Shown here: in pieces, positions 33,950 to 43,529 of the stretch
How positions within the stretch are numbered: the stretch's first letter is position 1
Layout of the letters: each line of letters opens with the position of its first letter
Assembly (NCBI GenBank): GCA_024279045.1
Contig: JAJRRZ010000046.1
Location: 1 to 43,529 of the forward strand
DNA: 43,529 nt
DNA from: Alphaproteobacteria bacterium
GTDB lineage: Bacteria; Pseudomonadota; Alphaproteobacteria; Rhizobiales; Aestuariivirgaceae
Direction of reading: 5' to 3'
The notes under the pieces: model-generated
Database searches by the model: none
Told to the model about the DNA's origin: nothing
Seen by the model: only the letters and a program-made list of their open reading frames with translations
Position numbers and translations under genes: made by a program

Positions 33950-36589
33950 TCAATACAGGCCACGCAGCAGGCGGTCGATGTAGTTGCGCTCCAGTGGCGG
34001 ACGGGTGGCATCCTCGGCGCGCTTGCGCAGATATTCCAGAATGCGTCGGGCGCGCTGCGCGGCGTCGAGGTCGGGCACCATGGGGTTGTCCGGACCAGGC
34101 TCGGCGAATTGTCCGCGCAGGGGGCGGCCCAACGGGTCGTATTGGCGGCGCATCATGCCGATGCCGACACCGCCGCGCTGACGGCCCTGCTGCCGGGCAA
34201 TGCGCCGCGCCAACTGCCGCGCGCCGCGGCGCAGGGCCTGCAGGGCCTGCATCTGATCGCGCATGGCGCTGCCCGGGCGGCGCTGGCCAAGATTGCGCGC
34301 CGCGCCGCGCATGGAGCGCTGCGCCTGTCCCAGTGCATCACCGGGAACCTCTCCATCGGCCATGCCGCCTGACCGGCTGCCGTTGCGGCCATTCTCCGCA
34401 AAGCGGTTTTCACCCTGCGGCCCTGACTGACCACCGGGGCGAAAACCATCCGGCCCTTCGCCCTGACGTTGCTGTTCACCGTCCTGCTGGCCGTCTCGCT
34501 GGCCGTCCTGCTGCTGCCTGCCTTGCGGCTGCTCACCCTGGCGTTGCATCCGCTCCATCATCTGGCGCAGGGCCTCGGCCAGTGCCTGCTGCTGGCGCTG
34601 CAACTGCTCCAGCCGCTCGTTGCCACGCGCATCACCCTGACGTCGCCTCTCCTGTGATTCGCGCCAGGTTTCATCCAGCAGTTTCTGCTGTTCGCGCATC
34701 AGCTTCTGCAATTCGCGCAGGGCCTGTTCGTCGGGCGATGGACGCATGGCCGTTTGCGGCATGGTCTGCAGGTTCTGCAGGATGTTGTCCAGTTGCGAGA
34801 GCATGCGCTGCGCCGCGTCGCGCGCGCCGGAGCGGGCCAGGCGCTCCAGTTGATCCATCATGCGTTGCAGATCCTGCGGGGTGATGGCCTGCATCTGGCC
34901 GTTGCGGCTGATATGCGGCTGTTGCTGGCCGTGCTGCATCTGCTGGCGGGCGAGTGATTGCAAGTAGCGGTTCAGCGCCTGCTTCAACTCCGCCATGCGC
35001 CTGGCGATCTCCTCTTCCGAGGCGCCGTTCTTCAGCGCCTCTTCCAGCGCCTTGCGCGCCGCTTCCAGCTGGCGTTTGGCATCGGCCAGATCGCCGTCCT
35101 CGATGGTTTGCGCCACCTCCCACAGCAGCGCCACCACCTGCTTCAGATCATCCTCGCCACGCGCGGCCAACAGGCTGGTCATGGCATGGCGCAGGCCCAG
35201 GTAGGCGCTGCTGGCCTTGCGCTTCAGCAGTCCTTGCGGCCAGGCGAGAAAGGCAGCCAGCACCTCGGCGATCTCGTGCCTGCGCGCCGGGTGCAGGATC
35301 AGTCCGCGGCGCTGCTCGACGATGGCAGCGGCCAGCGGCTGGCTGAAGCGCCGCTGCGGCAGGGTGAGCTGCAACGGCTTCGATCGGCCAGTCTGCCCGC
35401 CCACATCGGTGGCCTCCAGGGTCAGGCGCACCTTCAGGCCGGCCCAGGGGTGGGCCATGAGTTTCAGCATGTCCTGCCCACGCACCTGTTTGCCGGGTTT
35501 GAGCAATTTCAGTGGCGCTTTCGGCGCATCGTAGCGCAACATGCCCGCGGGCGGTTCGGCCAGCGCGATGATGGCCCGTGCCGCCTTCACGCCATGATCA
35601 TCATGCGCCTTCCAGCGCAGGCTCAGCGCACCGCTGGCCGTGGCGACGGGAGGCTTTTCCAGCTCAATGACGGGTGGCGCGTCAGCCAGCACGTCGATGT
35701 TCCAGCTGGCGCTGATGCCACCCCCGGCAATGCGCACGCGCAACGGCTGGTTCAGCGCAATCCGCGCCTGCCAGGCGCCACTTTCCACGCTGGCAGGCTC
35801 TTCACGGCGAAGCAGCGCACCACCGGAGTCGGTGGCATGCAGGGTGATTTCCGGCGCAACGCGCCCCTGAAAGCGGATGGTCAGCCGTGCGCCCTGCAAC
35901 ACCTGCACGGGCGCATCGGTGCGCAGCAGCTTGCCATTGGTGGCCAGCATCACCGGCGGCGCGCCCGCAAAGGCGGGCGGATCGATCCAGGCATCGAGCC
36001 GTGCCGGTTCACCAGCAAGAGCCAGCGTTGGCGGGCGCAGGCTGGCATGCAGGTTGTCGAGAAAACGCGGACCATTCAGGGCAAAGGTGGCCACCAGTGC
36101 CAAGCCCAGCGCAAAACGCAAGGCGAACGGATCGCGCCGCGGCGCATCGGAACGCGGCCAACCGACACGCAAGGCACGGATATGGCTGGCAATGCGTTGC
36201 TTGTGCGCCTTCCACAGGGCTTGTGCCGCGGCATCGTGTGCCGGTGCGGCCATGTCATCGGCCAGCGTGCGCAGTGGCTGATGCGACAGGCGAGAGCGTG
36301 CCTCCAGCCGTGCCAGCGCTTCATCCTCGGTGGGCAGGCGCACATCCTTCAAGGGGCGCAGCAGCCATGCCATGCCGGCGACGAAAGCCAGCCACGCGAG
36401 CAGCCGCGCCATGCCCGGCAAGGCAGGCAACAGGCCGCTGGCGACTAGCAGCAGCATGACGCCCGCCAGCATCACGGCAGGGAAAACAGCGTGCCACAGC
36501 CGCTCCGCCAACATGGCGGCACGCGCCAGCAACAGCTTGCGCCGCAGACGGCCTTGCGGGCCGGTGGATGTAATGTCGCGCCAGTTCAT
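33950..36589 (-). CDS. TIGR02302 / DUF4175 family membrane-anchored coiled-coil protein
   Basis: ERLW, LW.AH, RDPFALR, LDAWIDPP, DDHGV, AHPWAG, A.AIVEQRR, LW.VA..IEDG, Gln-rich linker, DPLGRP, RAR.IL..LR.R, E..YI.RLL. Confidence 0.88.
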   Translation of the reverse strand: MNWRDITSTGPQGRLRRKLLLARAAMLAERLWHAVFPAVMLAGVMLLLVASGLLPALPGMARLLAWLAFVAGMAWLLRPLKDVRLPTEDEALARLEARSRLSHQPLRTLADDMAAPAHDAAAQALWKAHKQRIASHIRALRVGWPRSDAPRRDPFALRFALGLALVATFALNGPRFLDNLHASLRPPTLALAGEPARLDAWIDPPAFAGAPPVMLATNGKLLRTDAPVQVLQGARLTIRFQGRVAPEITLHATDSGGALLRREEPASVESGAWQARIALNQPLRVRIAGGGISASWNIDVLADAPPVIELEKPPVATASGALSLRWKAHDDHGVKAARAIIALAEPPAGMLRYDAPKAPLKLLKPGKQVRGQDMLKLMAHPWAGLKVRLTLEATDVGGQTGRSKPLQLTLPQRRFSQPLAAAIVEQRRGLILHPARRHEIAEVLAAFLAWPQGLLKRKASSAYLGLRHAMTSLLAARGEDDLKQVVALLWEVAQTIEDGDLADAKRQLEAARKALEEALKNGASEEEIARRMAELKQALNRYLQSLARQQMQHGQQQPHISRNGQMQAITPQDLQRMMDQLERLARSGARDAAQRMLSQLDNILQNLQTMPQTAMRPSPDEQALRELQKLMREQQKLLDETWRESQERRRQGDARGNERLEQLQRQQQALAEALRQMMERMQRQGEQPQGRQQQDGQRDGQQDGEQQRQGEGPDGFRPGGQSGPQGENRFAENGRNGSRSGGMADGEVPGDALGQAQRSMRGAARNLGQRRPGSAMRDQMQALQALRRGARQLARRIARQQGRQRGGVGIGMMRRQYDPLGRPLRGQFAEPGPDNPMVPDLDAAQRARRILEYLRKRAEDATRPPLERNYIDRLLRGLY

Positions 36590-36692
36590 TGCAGGGAATG
36601 TAGCAGCATTTTGCTCGCGCGCGGGTCAATTTTCTGCAATCTGTAGGGCCGATCGGGCTGCAATATGGCCAATGGCAAGAAAGACTGGCCGC

Positions 36693-37487
36693 ATGACGGA
36701 AGAGAACCTGCTGCAACGGCTGGCGGCGCGCGATGCACCAGTGATGCGCCTGCCCGCGCCACCGCCGCCGGAAGATGACATGGACATGGCCGAGAAACAC
36801 ACCTTCTCTGGCGATGACCTGGCGCGCATGGCCACGCGCATGGCCCGTACGCTGCGCAAGCTGGGGCTGCCGGCGGAAGGCGGCGGACGGCTGGCGCTGG
36901 CGCAACCCGTGCACACGCTGGAATGGCTGATGTTGTGGCTCGGCGCGGTGCAGGCGGGGCACGAGGTGCTGCTGCTGGCCGCTGATGACGAGCTGCCGGA
37001 AGATGTGCAGGCGCTGGTCTGTCCTCCGGCGGCAAAGACGGCATGGCAGCCGCTGGCCCGCCAGCGCGGGGCAAAGCTGGCCACGCTGGGCGGACACTGG
37101 GAAGGCTCGCTGTTCATGCTGCAGATGGTGCAGCCGAACGAGGCGCAAGGCCTGTTCGATGCCGGTGCCGGACGCACCCGTTTCGCCGATGGCGCGGAGC
37201 TGGCGCTGGATGATCTGCTGGCGCTGGCGGAAACCTTTGCCAACGATCATGCCCTGGTGGAGACGCCGGCACTGCTGGCCAGCCTTGCGGCGCTCCGGGA
37301 GCCGCGGGGACTGGCGGCGGCACTGGCCACCCTGCTGACCGATGCGCCGCTGTACTGGATCGCCCCGCATGCACGCCAGCAGGCCCTGAAGGAGTTACCG
37401 GAGGTGCCGACCGGGTCGGTGGTGCTGGGCGACGCCGAATTCATTGCCGCGCAACGCTGGGAGCATATGGTGCCGGTAGAGACTTGA
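36693..37487 (+). CDS. Hypothetical protein with a degenerate AMP-binding (adenylation) N-terminal-like segment
   Basis: TFSGDDL...RMARTLRKLGL...RLAL...EWLMLWLGAVQAG resembles the N-terminus of ANL-family ligases; no TSG(S/T)TG.PK loop seen. Confidence 0.5.
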   Translation: MTEENLLQRLAARDAPVMRLPAPPPPEDDMDMAEKHTFSGDDLARMATRMARTLRKLGLPAEGGGRLALAQPVHTLEWLMLWLGAVQAGHEVLLLAADDELPEDVQALVCPPAAKTAWQPLARQRGAKLATLGGHWEGSLFMLQMVQPNEAQGLFDAGAGRTRFADGAELALDDLLALAETFANDHALVETPALLASLAALREPRGLAAALATLLTDAPLYWIAPHARQQALKELPEVPTGSVVLGDAEFIAAQRWEHMVPVET

Positions 37488-37498
37488 GAGGGGTGAAC

Positions 37499-37936
37499 AT
37501 GCGCACACATTTCGATCATCTCACCGTGGAGACAGCGCGGAACTTTCAGGTCATCGACATCACCGCACAATTGCGCGAGATCATCACCGCCAGCGGCATT
37601 GCCGAAGGGCAGGTGCTGATCACCTCGCTGCACACCACCGTGGCGCTGACGGTAAACGAGAACGAGGAGCGCCTGCTGCGCGACATGGAGCACTATTTCC
37701 TGTCCATTGCCCCACCGGAAGCAAGGTATCTGCACAACGACCTGCACTTGCGCGACTGCCCGCCCGACGAGCCGGAAAACGCCCATGCGCATCTCATTGC
37801 CATGTTGCTGGGCAATGCGGAGATGCTGGCGCTGCACGAGGGCGCACCGGTGCTGGGCAGGTGGCAGTCGCTGCTGATGGTGGAGCTGGACGGGCCACGT
37901 CAACGCAGGCTGGCGGTGCGCGTCATGGGCGTGTAG
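37499..37936 (+). CDS. yjbQ: YjbQ/UPF0047 family protein
   Basis: DIT, HTTVALTVNE, YLHND, ENAHAHL, LGRWQ....ELDGPR.R. Confidence 0.9.
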   Translation: MRTHFDHLTVETARNFQVIDITAQLREIITASGIAEGQVLITSLHTTVALTVNENEERLLRDMEHYFLSIAPPEARYLHNDLHLRDCPPDEPENAHAHLIAMLLGNAEMLALHEGAPVLGRWQSLLMVELDGPRQRRLAVRVMGV

Positions 37937-37976
37937 GATTGGCTCGTGCAAGCATGCAAGGGGGGCTTTCGGGGCA

Positions 37977-38435
37977 ATGTCGCCGGATCACAAGCTGACA
38001 GTGGACGAGGGCGTGGCCCTGCTGGCGGCAACGCCATTGTTCGAGGACATCGACGTGGCGCGGCTGCGGGTGCTGGTCTATGCGGCGGAGCATGTGCAGG
38101 CATCCGCCGGGGAAATGCTGGTGCGGCAGAGTGATGACGACCATGCCGGGCTGCTGCTGCTCGATGGTGCGGCGCAGGCCTGGATGGATGAGGATCCCTC
38201 CATGAAGCTGAACCTGGCGCGCGGTGCCCTCATTGGCGAAGGCGCAATGATCGCCAAGCTGCACCATCGCATGAACGTCCAGGCAGTGGACAACGTGGAA
38301 CTGCTGCGCTTCTCGCACGAGCTGTTCCTGCGCGTCTGCCATGAGTTCCCCGAGCTGGGCCGGGCGGTGATGGCCAACTACGCACGGCGCATGGCCACCA
38401 TCACGTCCGCCCTGCATACCCTGCTGCCGGGGTGA
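37977..38435 (+). CDS. Standalone cyclic-nucleotide-binding domain protein
   Basis: LL..TPLF......LR.L..AAE, GE.L.RQ.D, G.LIGE.AMI, F.RV..EFPE; no HTH. Confidence 0.8.
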   Translation: MSPDHKLTVDEGVALLAATPLFEDIDVARLRVLVYAAEHVQASAGEMLVRQSDDDHAGLLLLDGAAQAWMDEDPSMKLNLARGALIGEGAMIAKLHHRMNVQAVDNVELLRFSHELFLRVCHEFPELGRAVMANYARRMATITSALHTLLPG

Positions 38436-38471
38436 AGACAGAAGGCGGCGCAGCGGCGGAAGCAGTCAAAA

Positions 38472-38489
38472 TTTGACGTAAACGTAAGG
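38472..38489. promoter_or_regulatory. Putative LiuR (MerR-family) binding site upstream of mdh-sucCDA
   Basis: TTTGACGTAAACGTAAGG matches the LiuR-type motif TT(T/G)ACGTWWACGTAA. Confidence 0.65.
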
Positions 38490-38511
38490 GTAATTTTGCT
38501 GTTTTTCCCTG

Positions 38512-38540
38512 TTGTCAGTCCGCGCGGGCGGGAGTATAGC
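38512..38540 (+). promoter_or_regulatory. Putative sigma70 promoter of the mdh operon
   Basis: TTGTCA-N17-TATAGC. Confidence 0.6.
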
Positions 38541-38543
38541 TGA

Positions 38544-39626
<1,083 letters not shown>

Positions 39627-39680
39627 GCAGCCGCGTGTATTACGCGGTGCTTCCATCCGACCAGCCCGAAGGAGGGCGGC

Positions 39681-40859
39681 ATGAACATCCATGAATATCA
39701 GGCCAAGGAGATCCTCGCCGCTTACGGTGCGCCAGTGCCGCGCGGCAAGCCCGCCTTCTCGGTGGACGAGGCCGTGGCCGTGGCGGAGGAACTGGGCGGG
39801 CCTGTATGGGTGGTAAAGGCGCAGATCCACGCCGGCGGACGCGGCAAGGCGGGCGGCGTGAAGGTATGCAAGTCGCTCGACGAGGTGCGCGCCGCCGCCG
39901 CCGAACTGCTGGGCAAGGTGCTGGTTACACCGCAGACCGGCCCGCAGGGCAGGCAGGTGCGCAAGCTGCTCGTCGAGGAAGGGCTGGACATTGCGCGGGA
40001 ACTCTATCTCTCCTGCCTGGTGGACAGGAGCACCTCGCGCATCGCCTTCATCGCCTCGCAGGCCGGTGGCATGGACATCGAGCAGGTGGCCGCCGAAACA
40101 CCGGAGAAGATTTTTACCATCACGGTTGATCCGGCCATGGGCTACAGCCCCTATGTGGGCCGCGCCATTGCCGCCGGGCTGGGCCTGCGCGGTGATCTGG
40201 CGAAGCAATGCCAGCGGCTGGTGGCGGCGCTGTATCGCGCCTTCATCGAGAAGGACATGGGCCTGCTGGAGATCAATCCGCTGGTGGTTACGGCAGAAGA
40301 CAAGCTGCTGTGCCTGGATGCCAAGGCGGGCTTCGACGACAACGGCCTGTTCCGCCACCCGGAGGTGATGGAGCTGCGCGATGCGGATGAGGAAGACCCG
40401 CGCGAGCGCGAGGCGGCGCAATACGGACTGAGCTACATCGCGCTGGATGGCGACATCGGCTGCATGGTCAATGGCGCGGGCCTGGCCATGGCCACCATGG
40501 ACATCATCAAGCTGCACGGCGGCGAACCGGCCAACTTCCTCGACGTCGGCGGCGGCGCCACTGCCGAGAAGGTGGCCGCGGCCTTCCGCATCATTACCGA
40601 AGACCCTGCCGTAAAGAGCATCCTGGTGAACATCTTCGGCGGCATCATGCGCTGCGACATCATCGCCGAGGGCGTGGTAACGGCGGTGCGCGAGGCGGGG
40701 CTCAAGGTGCCGCTGGTGGTGCGGCTGGAGGGCACCAACGTGGACAAGGGCAAGGCCATCCTCGATGCCTCGGGGCTGGACATCATCGCCGCGGACGATC
40801 TGGACGAGGCGGCACAAAAGGCCGTCGCCGCCGCCCGCGCCGGCGCAACGGGAGCCTGA
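39681..40859 (+). CDS. sucC: Succinyl-CoA synthetase beta subunit
   Basis: [53 protein letters not shown]. Confidence 0.98.
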   Translation: MNIHEYQAKEILAAYGAPVPRGKPAFSVDEAVAVAEELGGPVWVVKAQIHAGGRGKAGGVKVCKSLDEVRAAAAELLGKVLVTPQTGPQGRQVRKLLVEEGLDIARELYLSCLVDRSTSRIAFIASQAGGMDIEQVAAETPEKIFTITVDPAMGYSPYVGRAIAAGLGLRGDLAKQCQRLVAALYRAFIEKDMGLLEINPLVVTAEDKLLCLDAKAGFDDNGLFRHPEVMELRDADEEDPREREAAQYGLSYIALDGDIGCMVNGAGLAMATMDIIKLHGGEPANFLDVGGGATAEKVAAAFRIITEDPAVKSILVNIFGGIMRCDIIAEGVVTAVREAGLKVPLVVRLEGTNVDKGKAILDASGLDIIAADDLDEAAQKAVAAARAGATGA

Positions 40860-40862
40860 GCC

Positions 40863-41738
40863 ATGGCCATTCTCGTCGATGAAAACACTCGCGTCATCTG
40901 CCAGGGGCTGACCGGCGCGCAGGGCACGTTCCACACCGAGCAGGCACTGCAATACGGCACGAAGATGGTCGGCGGCGTAACGCCCGGCAAGGGCGGCATG
41001 ACGCACCTCGGCCTGCCGGTGTTCGACACCGTGCGCGAGGCGCGCGAGGCCACCGGCGCCGATGCCACGGTCATCTACGTGCCGCCGCCCTTCGCGGCGG
41101 ATGCCATCGTCGAGGCCATCGATGCCGAAATACCGCTCATAGTGTGCATCACCGAGGGCATCCCGGTGCTCGACATGGTGCGCGTGAAGCGCGCGCTCAC
41201 GGGCTCTTCCTCGCGGCTCATCGGGCCGAACTGCCCCGGCATCATCACCCCCGATGCCTGCAAGATCGGCATCATGCCTGGCCACATCCACAAGCGCGGC
41301 TCGGTGGGCATCGTCTCGCGCTCCGGCACGCTGACCTACGAGGCGGTGAAGCAGACCACCGACGTCGGCCTGGGCCAGAGCACCTGTATCGGCATCGGCG
41401 GCGATCCGGTGAAGGGCATGGATTTCATCGACTGCCTGGAGCTATTCTATGCCGACGAGGAAACCGAGCAAATCGTGCTCATCGGCGAAATCGGCGGCAC
41501 CTCGGAAGAGGAGGCGGCGGAATACATCAAGGCACAGAATGGCAAGAAACCCGTGATCGCCTACATCGCTGGCATCACCGCCCCGCCGGGGCGGCGCATG
41601 GGCCATGCCGGGGCCATCATCTCCGGCGGCAAGGGCACGGCGGAGGCCAAGATCGCGGCACTGGAGGCGGCGGGCGTAACCGTGGAGCGTTCGCCCGCGC
41701 GCATCGGCGAGACAGTGGCCAGGGTAGCGCGCGGCTGA
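40863..41738 (+). CDS. sucD: Succinyl-CoA synthetase alpha subunit
   Basis: [47 protein letters not shown]. Confidence 0.98.
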   Translation: MAILVDENTRVICQGLTGAQGTFHTEQALQYGTKMVGGVTPGKGGMTHLGLPVFDTVREAREATGADATVIYVPPPFAADAIVEAIDAEIPLIVCITEGIPVLDMVRVKRALTGSSSRLIGPNCPGIITPDACKIGIMPGHIHKRGSVGIVSRSGTLTYEAVKQTTDVGLGQSTCIGIGGDPVKGMDFIDCLELFYADEETEQIVLIGEIGGTSEEEAAEYIKAQNGKKPVIAYIAGITAPPGRRMGHAGAIISGGKGTAEAKIAALEAAGVTVERSPARIGETVARVARG

Positions 41739-41868
41739 AGCGGTTGATCCTGCCGGGAGCAGCACGACACTGGCGGCGGTTCTTCTCATCCATGAGGCAT
41801 TCACCGAACATCAACAACAGGTCTTCTCCTTCCCCCTCTCAATCCCCCCAACTCAAGGTGCGACAGCC

Positions 41869-43529
<1,661 letters not shown>

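Overview
GC-rich alphaproteobacterial chromosome segment; gene content suggests Hyphomicrobiales (inference). In order: the 3' end of NAD-glutamate dehydrogenase; a decayed IS5-family transposase split by a palindromic MITE; an Fe(III) ABC transporter (fbpABC-like) with a Fur/Mur-type box; addA preceded by a SRAP/HMCES gene instead of addB; divergent tRNA-Pro(CGG) and tRNA-Gln(TTG), the latter followed by a 91-bp tandem array; a seven-gene lipid-modification/export locus (Tam41-like cytidylyltransferase, DAG/ceramide kinase, CDP-alcohol phosphotransferase, a second LptG/LptF pair, metallophosphoesterase, divergent NTP-transferase) resembling the Caulobacter ceramide-phosphoglycerate (cpg) locus but lacking ceramide-synthesis genes in this window; MarR-OmpR-EnvZ-like regulators opposite ilvE; prs; a Tat beta-helix protein; cytochrome c' and a diheme cytochrome c; DUF695, SDR, MsbA-like exporter, ispA, TIGR02302, a small uncharacterised operon; and mdh-sucCD-sucA (truncated). 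Several non-coding palindromic elements are scattered through the intergenic regions. Family assignments come from motif recognition by eye; no searches were run, and several start codons were adjusted from the ORF track.
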